Source: a virus
Virus record (IMG/VR): IMGVR_UViG_3300002461_001209
Direction: 5' to 3' (one strand)
Length of the DNA: 64,000 nucleotides
Shown: positions 1 to 9,657 of the stretch, one piece after another
Layout of the letters: each line of letters starts with the position of its first letter
Numbering within the stretch: the stretch's first letter is position 1
The notes under the pieces: model-generated
Database searches by the model: none
Told to the model about the DNA's origin: nothing
The model's input: the letters and a program-made list of their open reading frames with translations, nothing else
Position numbers and translations under genes: made by a program

Positions 1-135
1 TGTAATGCAGCAGTTATTACCCCCAACAGCAATAGGGGCTTCTATGACAAATGATGATTTTTCAAAGGTTAATAAATCATCATTTACCCTTATGACTTTT
101 TCAAAAGAGTATTTGATAGAATGTGGATTATACAT
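1..135 (-). CDS. 5' part of a hypothetical protein running off the left edge (MYNPHSIKYSFEKVIRV...)
   Basis: ATG at 135-133, open for 45 codons to position 1; manual translation. Confidence 0.4.
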   Translation of the reverse strand, partial: MYNPHSIKYSFEKVIRVNDDLLTFEKSSFVIEAPIAVGGNNCCIT

Positions 136-269
136 AAATGAAATTTAATGTGATTAAGTGAGTTTTGTCAATTCAATGTGTGAATTTCTGTTCAAATAAA
201 TGTAAAATAAAGTAATTTCTCTTTTTTGTTATTTTTGATATAATTCAATTATGTATTTAGGAATTTAAT

Positions 270-989
270 ATGAAAATAAGAGAACATTTTAGTGAAAATT
301 ACGGCTTAGTAAATTATGTAGAAGTTGCTGCTATTGATATGAGCAAGGATAAAAGCCATTTAGTAGAGTTCCATCCTAAATTTGTATCATTTACAAAAAG
401 AAGGGGTGATGACTCAAGAATGGAGAAAATTAAAAACAATCCTCAGATAAGTGAGCATGATAAAGATGATTATGGTTACTTTTACTGCTCTGTATTTGAG
501 TTACCTTTAGAAGTGTGCAACAAAGATTGGCATATTGTGAACAAGGATTTTAAGCCAGATGATGAGTATCTATCAAATATAAAGAAAAAGAAATACTGTC
601 CTATAGCTGTTAGTCATGAAACATTTATCAATTGGTTTATTAAGATTTATCCATACCTTAATGATGAATGGAAGGAAAATAATAAAGAATATATGGCTGA
701 AATGGATAGAGTCATATTGGAGAACAATCGCAGGATGCTGCAAGGATTTAAAGAGGAAAATATCAAGGAAATTAGAGCAGCAGTAAAACTTGGTGCTGAT
801 ATCAATTTTAGTGAAAATGGAGCGTCCCCTTTGTTGTATTGCATAGAGGGTAAAAACATCAACTTGTTTAAATATCTTGTGAATAAATCAGTCAAAATTA
901 ATAGTGATGTTTTTGTAGATGAAAGCAACCCTATTTTTAATGAATTTAACACCTATCAATCAAGGTTGAAGAAAAAGATGAAAATATAA
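270..989 (+). CDS. hypothetical protein with a C-terminal ankyrin-like repeat
   Basis: LGADINFSENGASPLLYCIEGKNINLFKYLV resembles an ankyrin repeat; AGGA RBS; basic tail KKKMKI. Confidence 0.7.
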   Translation: MKIREHFSENYGLVNYVEVAAIDMSKDKSHLVEFHPKFVSFTKRRGDDSRMEKIKNNPQISEHDKDDYGYFYCSVFELPLEVCNKDWHIVNKDFKPDDEYLSNIKKKKYCPIAVSHETFINWFIKIYPYLNDEWKENNKEYMAEMDRVILENNRRMLQGFKEENIKEIRAAVKLGADINFSENGASPLLYCIEGKNINLFKYLVNKSVKINSDVFVDESNPIFNEFNTYQSRLKKKMKI

Positions 990-1061
990 GTCAGTTTTAA
1001 TTGAGATAATTGACTTTTATAGACTTTTCTAATAGATTGTTACTAAATTAAAGGTGATTCA

Positions 1062-1814
1062 ATGTTATTAAAAGAACTCGTTAACAATCAAGATTTACAA
1101 AAAACAGCCGTTTATGGTTTGGAAATCAATGAGCAAGATGTAGAGTTGGTTGACTCTCTACCAGAATCAATAGAGGAAGTAGGTCTTGTTTTAAAATTGG
1201 ACGCAGACTCCATGATTGATGAGTCATTACTTGATGTGTTGATAACTTTAAGACTTAAAAATATAGATGTTGTTTTGGAAGTTCCATCACAGTTGGTGGC
1301 TCAAAATAATGTTGAAATCAAGTACTTGCTACAACTGGCAAGTAATGCTGACTTTGCTGTTGCTTTCTTGCCTCCAGGTCATGCATTGGTAGGTGACTCA
1401 TTGACTGTTGAGCAGTATAAGCAAATTGTAAAAAATACAACTACTGAAATGCTGGCAAAACCTAACTTTGATAAATTTGTCTACCCTGTCTCAAGTTTCT
1501 TTGAGTATTTGATGTTGGAACAAATTTTATCTGAAGAAGATTTGAAAGAATTCAGACCAGAGAACGAATTTATTAAGGAAAACTTTGCATCTGTTTTGAC
1601 AAAGCAAGACAGTGATGATTTCAAGTCAGAAATAAGAGCATTGGTTCATCAGTTCTATGGTGGAAAAGAAGAGTTTACTATTTTCTCCAAGAGTCTTATT
1701 GAGTCATTGAGAGACAAAAGCAAGCAGATGTATAAAGAGCAAGTTGAGATTGATATTAGAAACAACCCTCAACAAGACGCAGAAAATCCAAATATTAACT
1801 CAAGTAGTAACTAA
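1062..1814 (+). CDS. acidic hypothetical protein
   Basis: 250 aa ORF, AAGGTG RBS, no recognisable motif. Confidence 0.7.
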   Translation: MLLKELVNNQDLQKTAVYGLEINEQDVELVDSLPESIEEVGLVLKLDADSMIDESLLDVLITLRLKNIDVVLEVPSQLVAQNNVEIKYLLQLASNADFAVAFLPPGHALVGDSLTVEQYKQIVKNTTTEMLAKPNFDKFVYPVSSFFEYLMLEQILSEEDLKEFRPENEFIKENFASVLTKQDSDDFKSEIRALVHQFYGGKEEFTIFSKSLIESLRDKSKQMYKEQVEIDIRNNPQQDAENPNINSSSN

Positions 1815-1907
1815 TCGTTTCATTTAGGTTGAAAACCTATTTTTTTCATATAAAATAAGTATATGAAGAGATTGGTTCTTGAGATTAATTTCTAAAGGAG
1901 ATTATAT

Positions 1908-3023
1908 ATGAAAAATACAGTTCAATTAGGTGCAGAGGTTCTATCACAAATGGTGACAGATGAAAAAATTGTTGGTTTTATGTCAGAACCGTTGAAAAAA
2001 AGAATTTCAGAAATAGGAATTGCTGCATTTTTAGCTATAACAACTGCATTTTCAGCAGGTGTGGCTCATGCAAGTGATAAGGACAGAGCGAGAAACCTTA
2101 CTTTGGGTGCTTCTACTTTCATGGGTATATTAGTAGACGGTGCCAAACCTAAAGACTTGCCTGTAGAGTGCCACAACATTCAAGGAATGAATGGCTGGAA
2201 AGTTGGTGGTGCAGGTGCTGCTGGTGGTATTTTTGGTAATCAAATTGGAAATGGTTCTGGAAATACTATTGCTACATTGGGTCTTGGTTTTGTGACATCT
2301 GCTGCTGTGGCTAGTCGTGAGCAAGATAGAATGATTGCTGAGTGCAACAATATATTGAGACAAAATGCAGAAAGAGATGCAGGATATAACCGTTATAACA
2401 ATTCATACAACAATGGTTATAATTCAGGGTATAACAATGCGCCACAGCCAGTTGCATATCCGACATACAACCCTAACCAGAAATATAATCCTATTAATGC
2501 AGATATATTGTATGAAACAAATGATGTAAACGGAAGGTCATTAATCGTTACAACAGAGAATAGCCCAGGTCTGAGTGCTCTGAAAGGGCAAAAAGTAGGA
2601 AGTCTCTCTGTGGAATCAGACCCAATTGTAAAGCGTGCTTTGGACATATCAAGTGACGGATTGGCTCAATCTTATGAGCAACTGGACAATAGTGCAAAGG
2701 TACTTCTTAACTATTTAAGAGGGGGTACATCTTCACAGAAAATTTCAAGATATGCTGTAACTGATGATGACTTGAGAGCTAATGAGTCTGTCAGAAGAAG
2801 CAATCAAAATGAAATCAGAAGAGCACAAGCTGCTTATGACGCAAGTTTTGTTAATTATGCACAGAAGAGATCTATGGCAGCAAACATCTATGACAATGCA
2901 GCGGTTGATGGATACAACATCACACAATATAGGGAGGTGCTTAACATCATGACACCACCTGAGTCTGTTGTTTTGGTCAATGGAGGAAAGAAAGTCAATA
3001 AATATGGTGTTATTCCTAGATAA
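1908..3023 (+). CDS. glycine-zipper 2TM domain protein with Y/N-rich linker
   Basis: VGGAGAAGGIFGNQIGNGSGNTIATLGLG glycine zipper; hydrophobic segment ending AHA; YNNSYNNGYNSGYNN tract; AGGAG RBS. Confidence 0.7.
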   Translation: MKNTVQLGAEVLSQMVTDEKIVGFMSEPLKKRISEIGIAAFLAITTAFSAGVAHASDKDRARNLTLGASTFMGILVDGAKPKDLPVECHNIQGMNGWKVGGAGAAGGIFGNQIGNGSGNTIATLGLGFVTSAAVASREQDRMIAECNNILRQNAERDAGYNRYNNSYNNGYNSGYNNAPQPVAYPTYNPNQKYNPINADILYETNDVNGRSLIVTTENSPGLSALKGQKVGSLSVESDPIVKRALDISSDGLAQSYEQLDNSAKVLLNYLRGGTSSQKISRYAVTDDDLRANESVRRSNQNEIRRAQAAYDASFVNYAQKRSMAANIYDNAAVDGYNITQYREVLNIMTPPESVVLVNGGKKVNKYGVIPR

Positions 3024-3115
3024 TCAACAAAAACTAAAATGAATATTAATTCTTTTAAAAGTCATTTATTTGACTTTTTTTGTTTTTACAACTATTTTTT
3101 ATAAAAAGGTGATAT

Positions 3116-3586
3116 ATGAGTAATAACTTGGCAGATTTAGCAGAATCCATCAATCATATAAGTTTAAATGATAAAGATTTAATGGATTGTGTTTTATCTT
3201 ATTCAAAGATTTTTTCTAAAGAATTATCGGAATCTCAGTTAGAGAAATTAGATGACTTCTTCACAAGTGAATTTTTTATTGAGCAATCAAAAACATGTGT
3301 AAGAGAGGCTATCGTATTAGCAATGCAAGCACTTACTCTAGATTCAAGTGTTAAGTTTTCATCACTGATGAAGCTTCATATCAATAAGGATAACCAAGAG
3401 TACAATATTGAAAATATATCCAGTATTGACGCTGAAAAAGAATTATTAAAAGAATTTTTCTCTGGGTTGAGAAAAGAGTATTTTACAAAAACTTATTCTC
3501 AAAATAAGGGACTGAAGAAGGTGACAAAAATCAGTGGTGATGTTCTTGATAACAGAAGATATGCTTTTGTAAATTATGTAAAATAA
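3116..3586 (+). CDS. hypothetical protein
   Basis: 156 aa ORF with AAGGTG RBS. Confidence 0.65.
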   Translation: MSNNLADLAESINHISLNDKDLMDCVLSYSKIFSKELSESQLEKLDDFFTSEFFIEQSKTCVREAIVLAMQALTLDSSVKFSSLMKLHINKDNQEYNIENISSIDAEKELLKEFFSGLRKEYFTKTYSQNKGLKKVTKISGDVLDNRRYAFVNYVK

Positions 3587-3589
3587 GGA

Positions 3590-4510
3590 TTGAATGTTTC
3601 AATGAAAAGTCTTAAAAAATTTGCCTCTCTCTCACTAATAGCCATTCCCATTTTGACCTATGCTCAAAATTTGGAAGAGTCTGGTCTTGTTGTTGATCCT
3701 GCTCAAAATCAATTGATGGGACCAGTGATTGATTTGTCTGTTGTTGGCAACCCTGCACAAGAAGAGGTGATAGAAGAAGTTTTGTTTGAGCAGGATGATA
3801 TTTTATCTACATACCAATACTGGGGACAAACAAGCAACAAGGAAAAAATATCAGAGTTCTTGTCTAATGGTCAAAATGTGAATGATGATTTTTTTGATGG
3901 AACCAATCTTTTAATTCTATCAAGTATGAGAAAGAATCAAGAACTATTTAATTTATCACTTGCGTATAAAGCCAATATTTCACACAAAAACAATGAAGGC
4001 AAAAATTTACTGCATTATGTTTTTTCTGATTTTAATCAAGTATTTTTTGATAATTTAAGAGATAAGGTAGGTTTGAAGAAAATAGATGAGTTGGCAAATG
4101 TAAAGGACAAATATGGAGCCACGCCTGCACACTATTATTTTTTATCAAGCAAGTTATCTGATGAAAAAATGGTAGAGTCATATATGTTCAAACAGATTAA
4201 CTTGGAAGACAAAAAAGGTTTGACACCAGGACACTATGCATTGAATTCACCCAATTGTATGAATTTGAATACCTGGCTAAAAGCAGGTGGAGATATAACC
4301 AAGAAAAATCAGGATGGTGTTTCTTTGGAAGAATTAATGTTTGATAAGTGCTCTGTTCATTCTGTTGTAAAAAACTTTAATTATATGACTGATAGTGGCA
4401 AGGCTAGAATTAATGATGTTTGTGCAAAAATAGGTTTAAGAGAAGACTCTGATATGGAAATTTTAGAGGATAATCAAATTAATCAATGCATAGTCAGAGA
4501 TAATATTTGA
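3590..4510 (+). CDS. ankyrin-repeat protein with probable signal peptide
   Basis: N-terminal basic plus hydrophobic segment ending TYA; ankyrin motifs GKNLLHY, GATPAHY, GLTPGHYA. Confidence 0.75.
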   Translation: MNVSMKSLKKFASLSLIAIPILTYAQNLEESGLVVDPAQNQLMGPVIDLSVVGNPAQEEVIEEVLFEQDDILSTYQYWGQTSNKEKISEFLSNGQNVNDDFFDGTNLLILSSMRKNQELFNLSLAYKANISHKNNEGKNLLHYVFSDFNQVFFDNLRDKVGLKKIDELANVKDKYGATPAHYYFLSSKLSDEKMVESYMFKQINLEDKKGLTPGHYALNSPNCMNLNTWLKAGGDITKKNQDGVSLEELMFDKCSVHSVVKNFNYMTDSGKARINDVCAKIGLREDSDMEILEDNQINQCIVRDNI

Positions 4511-4576
4511 TCTTATCTTTTTATTTAATATAATAATTACATAAGCAACAAATAAGCTTATTTTAGAGAGGCAGTT

Positions 4577-4759
4577 ATGAATAACAAGAAGGTAGGATTT
4601 TCAAAAAGTTTTTTAGATAAAATAAACAGTGTTCACGAGAGAGCAACTGATATATTTTCATCAATGGATGTTCGTGCAACATCATTGATTGATTTACACC
4701 CTGCCTCTGTTTTGAATAAAAGAATACAAGAAAAAAATAAAACAGGTAAAAAGATGTAA
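4577..4759 (+). CDS. small hypothetical protein
   Basis: 60 aa, GAGG RBS, followed by terminator. Confidence 0.5.
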   Translation: MNNKKVGFSKSFLDKINSVHERATDIFSSMDVRATSLIDLHPASVLNKRIQEKNKTGKKM

Positions 4760-4785
4760 TTGTCTTAATGGACCTAAGTTTTAAG

Positions 4786-4811
4786 AAAAGACCTTTTAGA
4801 AGGTCTTTTTT
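4786..4811. terminator. bidirectional intrinsic terminator
   Basis: AAAAGACCTT-TTAG-AAGGTCTTTT between convergent genes. Confidence 0.8.
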
Positions 4812-4814
4812 GTT

Positions 4815-5243
4815 TTAGTATTCAACATTCATTAGTTCAGATACAGTATCTGTGTGTCTCAATATGGCTTTTACGGTTGCTTTGAAATATGGTGCAGTTT
4901 CTTTCATACGAAATAGTATTTTCAAATTACCTTCACTTTGTTTTTTGAGATCTTTGAGTTTTGTGTAGTAGCTTGCATACTCTTCAAACCCCTCCATCTG
5001 AGTCATTACCTCATCTAGATAGAAAATATTGTTTTTAATTTTGTAATTGAGATTTTCTACATTTATTTTGATATTTTTATCAAGATTGTTGCTTATTTTG
5101 TCATTGATAAGCACTTTTTTGATTTTTTCAGTTTGTGAGAAGAATATTTCTGAGTAGTTTTTTTCAGAAATGACAGAAACAGACTCCAAATCATCCTTTG
5201 GTTTCACGAATAGGGACTTTAAAAACTTCCAGATTTTATTCAT
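4815..5243 (-). CDS. hypothetical protein
   Basis: 142 aa ORF ending at the bidirectional terminator. Confidence 0.65.
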   Translation of the reverse strand: MNKIWKFLKSLFVKPKDDLESVSVISEKNYSEIFFSQTEKIKKVLINDKISNNLDKNIKINVENLNYKIKNNIFYLDEVMTQMEGFEEYASYYTKLKDLKKQSEGNLKILFRMKETAPYFKATVKAILRHTDTVSELMNVEY

Positions 5244-5334
5244 TTTACTTTTTGTCTTGTTTCATTTACTGCTTATTTTTTCTCAAAATAAACTAAACAA
5301 AAAAAACAAAAATGTCCAATATTTAGAAAAACTT

Positions 5335-5409
5335 TGGAGCCATCAACAGGAATCGAACCTGTAGCCTTTGGTTTCGGAAACCAATACTCTTCCATTGAGT
5401 TATGACGGC
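5335..5409 (-). tRNA. trnR: tRNA-Arg(CCG)
   Basis: Full cloverleaf: GCCGTCA/TGATGGC acceptor, TTGGT-TTCCGAA-ACCAA anticodon arm, GGTTCGATTCC T arm, encoded CCA. Confidence 0.92.
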
Positions 5410-5415
5410 TTATGT

Positions 5416-5473
5416 TGGTCTCACAAGCAGGAATCGAACCTGTATCTAGTGCTTAGGAGGCACTCGTTCTACC
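5416..5473 (-). pseudogene. 5'-truncated tRNA-Arg(CCT)
   Basis: GGTAGAAC, AGTGC-CTCCTAA-GCACT, T arm and TTGTGAG-A-CCA are present; upstream sequence cannot supply a 5' acceptor strand. Confidence 0.75.
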
Positions 5474-7290
5474 GTAATTTAAAACGAAATCAAACTTTTT
5501 TCAAGTTTGGCTTAAAGCTTACAGCAAGCTCTATATTAAAACCCCAACATTAAAGTTCATAAACAGCTAATTTGCTAATATGAAGTATAATACTTATCAT
5601 ATATGATTTTCTATTCATGTTGTTTTTGTTTTAATAAAATTTTTTGTGATAATTTTTTATTTTTAATAATATTATCCCTCAACTCTTTCCAATAAATACC
5701 CAATTTCAAATTATTCCTTTCAGGTAAATTTGAAGTCTTAATGTATTTATTATTACTTGAGATTCTTTTTTCTATATGGTTTAAACTTATTGTTTTATCG
5801 TATTTTTCATTAGTCCTATTGTTAGTGGCTTTAATCATTATATGTTTTTTAAACAATCCTTTCCTTGCTATACATATTGCTGCACTGTGATGTATGCTTA
5901 TTCTATTTCTAGTAGAGTACTTTAAATAACCTATTAAGCTTGTGTATGCAGGATCAACTTCTATTATTTCTATAGAATTATCTATTGCTCTATTTTTTAT
6001 TAATTCTATTACTTTATTATAAGCAAAAGAATTCAATTGTATTTTTTTATTTTTAAAACTTTCACTATAGTTTAGCTGGATTTTCTTTAGATTAAAATCT
6101 AATTTTTCTATTACAATAGGCTTATTTAGATTGCTTCCTAATTTAATTAAATTTTTAATAGCTAAAGATATAGAATTAGTATTTTGATCTTTTGTGCCAT
6201 TTAAATTATAGTAAAAGTTATAAATATTTAATAAGTTACCTTTGTTATCTAAATTGGTAACTGCTAAATTATTTTGATTAATATCTACTCCTATACAGCC
6301 ATATTTTTTACTAGTAACAATGTTTTTTATCAAATTTTTTTCAAAGCTTATTGCAACAATATATTTATTCTTATGATTTTTTGAATTTTGTTTAATAATA
6401 TTGTATGTTAATGCCTGCCATAATTTTTTCTCTCTACCTTGATTATTTATGATTATTTGTTTTATTTTATCTGATTCATAATTTAAGTTAAATTGGATAT
6501 TAATATATTTGTCATCAATATTATTACATTTATGATTAATATTTATCCTCAGATTAAAAAGATTACCTTCAATATGAGTTATTTGAGCATTGCTGTTACC
6601 AGCAACTTCATCTTTACTACCTATTAATATAAAGTTTTTGTTTCTTTGGTAATTCCATTCTTTATACCAATCTTCATGATTTTTAAATTTAGTTTGAACA
6701 CTATTTGATTTTATTTTAAATTGCTCTCTAAAAAGATTATTGCTACCAAAACAAATTTTAATATTCCCCGTATTTCTAATTCTTTCTAAAATAATTAGTT
6801 TGTTTTTTAATTTATCAAGCCTTTTTTTATTAAATGCAATTTTAGATTGTAATTTAGCTTTTAATTTAGACTCTATACTGTTCAAATCCATTATTTTAAG
6901 TTTAGCCTTATATGTTTCATAAGTTTTTCTCTGCTTTAATATAGTTTTTTCTATAATATTTATTTTAAATTTGGTTTCATCCATATTTGTTTTATTTAGA
7001 GAAATTATTGATGAAACTTTACCATTTAATACTTTATAAATAGAATCAAAGTGTCTCCTACTAATTAAGTATTTGGATTGATATAATACACTAATATCTT
7101 TATACGGAATTTTTTTGATAAATAAATCAACATACATTCTATGCATTATGTTATTATAATGAATGGCAAAGCTATCTAGCTTAATTATTTGAGTTAATTC
7201 TAAATCTTTTGTTATCCCCGTTACAGTTTTCATAATTAATATATAATATTAATTATGAATTAAGTCAAATAATAGCTGAAGGCATATTTA
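5474..7290 (-). mobile_element. tnpB-only IS200/IS605- or IS607-like element; left boundary approximate
   Basis: tnpB-like gene, subterminal hairpins at 5491-5509 and about 5516-5530, abuts the truncated tRNA; no tnpA visible. Confidence 0.6.
5611..7233 (-). CDS. tnpB: TnpB-related RuvC-domain protein with coiled-coil insertion
   Basis: RuvC-I IGVDIN, RuvC-II IVIEKLDF, VDPAYTS, GSKDEVAGN, C-terminal SIHHSAAICIARK typical of long TnpB-related proteins. Confidence 0.8.
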   Translation of the reverse strand: MKTVTGITKDLELTQIIKLDSFAIHYNNIMHRMYVDLFIKKIPYKDISVLYQSKYLISRRHFDSIYKVLNGKVSSIISLNKTNMDETKFKINIIEKTILKQRKTYETYKAKLKIMDLNSIESKLKAKLQSKIAFNKKRLDKLKNKLIILERIRNTGNIKICFGSNNLFREQFKIKSNSVQTKFKNHEDWYKEWNYQRNKNFILIGSKDEVAGNSNAQITHIEGNLFNLRININHKCNNIDDKYINIQFNLNYESDKIKQIIINNQGREKKLWQALTYNIIKQNSKNHKNKYIVAISFEKNLIKNIVTSKKYGCIGVDINQNNLAVTNLDNKGNLLNIYNFYYNLNGTKDQNTNSISLAIKNLIKLGSNLNKPIVIEKLDFNLKKIQLNYSESFKNKKIQLNSFAYNKVIELIKNRAIDNSIEIIEVDPAYTSLIGYLKYSTRNRISIHHSAAICIARKGLFKKHIMIKATNNRTNEKYDKTISLNHIEKRISSNNKYIKTSNLPERNNLKLGIYWKELRDNIIKNKKLSQKILLKQKQHE

Positions 7291-7363
7291 GTTGATGAAA
7301 TTAATTGACTGTAATTTATAATTAATTATTATTAATTAAAATTTGATAAGAAAATACTATATT

Positions 7364-9067
7364 ATGAGCAATAAAAAAGACATTAAAGACTCTTTAACGG
7401 ATTTTATTATAAATAAAAGTTATGATGTTGCAGTTTTAAAAGGAACTTGGGGAATTGGTAAAACTTTTTTATGGAAAGAAATAGAAAGTGAAATTATAAA
7501 AAATAAAAAATTTCCCTCTAATACTTTTATGTACATATCACTTTTTGGAATGAATGATATAAATGAAGTAAAAAATAAATTGATTTTCTCGAAAAAATCT
7601 ACTGGTTGGCTCATGAATACATTTAAAGGTTTAGAAGATATAGATTTAGCAGGATTACCAGTTTCAGCACTTAAATATCCTGTAATATCACTATTTGAAT
7701 ATATGTTAAATAAAAAACTAAAAGAAAAGGTGATTATTTTTGATGATATTGAAAGAAGGAGCAACGAATTTAATATGTTATCTTTTTTAGGATTAATTAA
7801 TGAATTAAAAAGTAAAAATAATCAAATTGTTATCATATTAAACGAAGAAAAAATACTAATGAGTGATAATTTATCTAGTACAGATTGGCAAGTCTTTAAA
7901 GAAAAGATAATTGATATAGAGTTTAAATTAGATGTTAATGAAGAAGACTGTTTAAAGATAGTTAAAAATATTAATTTTAATGAATATAAATTAATAAGAC
8001 CAATTTATAAAAAAATTTTAGATAGAGCATTAACTAATTTAAATTGTAAAAATATTAGAGTTTTAAATTTAATTTTTAAAAGATTGTATAAAATTTTAAT
8101 GCTATTTCGTGAAATATTAAATAAGAAAAATAAAGATGATTTTGAAATTATTCTTCAGAACATTGCTAAGATGTGGTTTGTATATTTTGATAGTAATAAA
8201 GTAAATCGTGAAGAAATTATAAATTATGAAATTATTTTAAAATATATGGAAATTTATCCTAACATTAAAAGTAGAAATAATTATTTTTATAATAAAAGCA
8301 ATAATTTAGATCCATTGATGAAAGATTTAGAAGAAGATAAAATAGTCAATTTGTTATTAAATTTAGATTTTAATCTTAACATAGAGATTGTTAAAATAAT
8401 TTCTATGTATATTAAAACAGGATATTTAGATGAATTTACTTTAAAAAATGTTTTAAAAAATGAAGCTATAAATATAGAATTAGAATATAATAGAATGTGT
8501 ATATATAATTTCAATAATGATGTCGCAATTAATAAAAATATAACAGCAGAAATTATAATAAAAAAAGCTAAGTTTTTTTCAAATTTAGAGTGCTCTAATT
8601 ATGATGTTTTAGCAGATTTTTATATGACACTAAAAAAAATTGATAATTCTTCTAAAGAAATGATTTTTGATAGATTACTTCAATTAATGAGAGAACGTAA
8701 GTGGAAGCCAAATTTAAAAATATTAAAAGATTGCCAAAAGATTGAAGATGAGTGGAAAGAAATTCAGAAAATATTCCCTTCTGAATTAGATAAGATGTCA
8801 CTTTTAATTTCTTACTATAGTATGGGGTATATTGAATCTGTAGATAATATTTTAAATAAATTAACTGTAGAGTCTTTAAGGGATAAATTATTAAATCTAA
8901 ATAATGTAGATCTTCAAAACTTTTTAATTTTTATTAAAAGTATACAGGGTGCAGAACGATTAAAAAATTTTAATAACACATTTAAAAATTTATATGAAGA
9001 TACAACTAATAAAAGTGAAGATAAACTAAAAAATATATTTTTGTTAGCGGGGTATAATTCTTTCTAA
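7364..9067 (+). CDS. KAP-family P-loop NTPase
   Basis: Walker A GTWGIGKT, Walker B VIIFDDIER, FKEKIID motif; ATG 7364 preferred over TTG 7343. Confidence 0.75.
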   Translation: MSNKKDIKDSLTDFIINKSYDVAVLKGTWGIGKTFLWKEIESEIIKNKKFPSNTFMYISLFGMNDINEVKNKLIFSKKSTGWLMNTFKGLEDIDLAGLPVSALKYPVISLFEYMLNKKLKEKVIIFDDIERRSNEFNMLSFLGLINELKSKNNQIVIILNEEKILMSDNLSSTDWQVFKEKIIDIEFKLDVNEEDCLKIVKNINFNEYKLIRPIYKKILDRALTNLNCKNIRVLNLIFKRLYKILMLFREILNKKNKDDFEIILQNIAKMWFVYFDSNKVNREEIINYEIILKYMEIYPNIKSRNNYFYNKSNNLDPLMKDLEEDKIVNLLLNLDFNLNIEIVKIISMYIKTGYLDEFTLKNVLKNEAINIELEYNRMCIYNFNNDVAINKNITAEIIIKKAKFFSNLECSNYDVLADFYMTLKKIDNSSKEMIFDRLLQLMRERKWKPNLKILKDCQKIEDEWKEIQKIFPSELDKMSLLISYYSMGYIESVDNILNKLTVESLRDKLLNLNNVDLQNFLIFIKSIQGAERLKNFNNTFKNLYEDTTNKSEDKLKNIFLLAGYNSF

Positions 9068-9072
9068 TTAAG

Positions 9073-9098
9073 AAGAGCCTGCAATTTGCAGGCTCTTT
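9073..9098. terminator. bidirectional terminator
   Basis: AAGAGCCTGCA-ATT-TGCAGGCTCTT between convergent genes. Confidence 0.8.
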
Positions 9099-9102
9099 AG
9101 TT

Positions 9103-9327
9103 TCATGCTAATGTTTCTAATTTTGCATTTTGAATAGATTCAACATGTTTTCTAATCCATCTCATAAACAGCATGGCTTTATCCTGATTAGCAAATGCCC
9201 CATCACCTGTGTCTTCTATAGGAACAGGAAATTCAAACCCACATTCAGTGACATACCAAAGTTCTTTCTTTTGATATCTTAAAAATTTAACCTGCTTGTT
9301 GTTGCTAACCATCTCTTTAATGTTCAT
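9103..9327 (-). CDS. small conserved-looking phage-type hypothetical protein
   Basis: 74 aa, AAGGAG RBS, ELWYVTECGFEFPVPIEDTGDG. Confidence 0.7.
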   Translation of the reverse strand: MNIKEMVSNNKQVKFLRYQKKELWYVTECGFEFPVPIEDTGDGAFANQDKAMLFMRWIRKHVESIQNAKLETLA

Positions 9328-9328
9328 T

Positions 9329-9463
9329 TTATATCTCCTTTAAATTTGAACTAACACCTCTACTGCACCATGCTCCATATGTCACACATAAAAGGTTCCA
9401 TATGTTTGATTTAAACTTGTTTTGTTCGTTTTCTTCTTCCCATTTTTTTATAGATGTTCTCAT
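9329..9463 (-). CDS. 44 aa hypothetical ORF (MRTSIKKWEEENEQ...)
   Basis: Manual translation; lies between tRNA-Glu and the 74 aa gene. Confidence 0.35.
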   Translation of the reverse strand: MRTSIKKWEEENEQNKFKSNIWNLLCVTYGAWCSRGVSSNLKEI

Positions 9464-9492
9464 TTTATTCTCTTTTCTTTTTAGTTATAATT

Positions 9493-9568
9493 TGGCGTCC
9501 TCAGCGGGGATCGAACCCGCATTACAAGATTGAAAGTCTTGTGTCCTAACCGATTAGACGATGAGGAC
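9493..9568 (-). tRNA. trnE: tRNA-Glu(TTC)
   Basis: GTCCTCA acceptor, CAAGA-CTTTCAA-TCTTG, GGTTCGATCC, CCA. Confidence 0.92.
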
Positions 9569-9575
9569 CAAATTT

Positions 9576-9650
9576 TGGCACCACCTAAAGGATTCGAACC
9601 CTTATTCCCAGATTCGTAATCCAGTATATTATCCATTATATGAAGGTGGT
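9576..9650 (-). tRNA. trnR: tRNA-Arg(ACG)
   Basis: ACCACCT/AGGTGGT acceptor, CTGGA-TTACGAA-TCTGG, A20 in D loop, CCA. Confidence 0.9.
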
Positions 9651-9657
9651 ATAATTT

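Noticed and set aside
5170-5553. Plus-strand ORFs 5170-5364 and 5368-5553
   Set aside because: Antisense to a gene and two tRNA sequences; no RBS or motif.
7356-7368. ACTATATTATGAG as the missing 5' end of tRNA-Arg(CCT)
   Set aside because: Coincides with the KAP start codon and cannot form the D stem.
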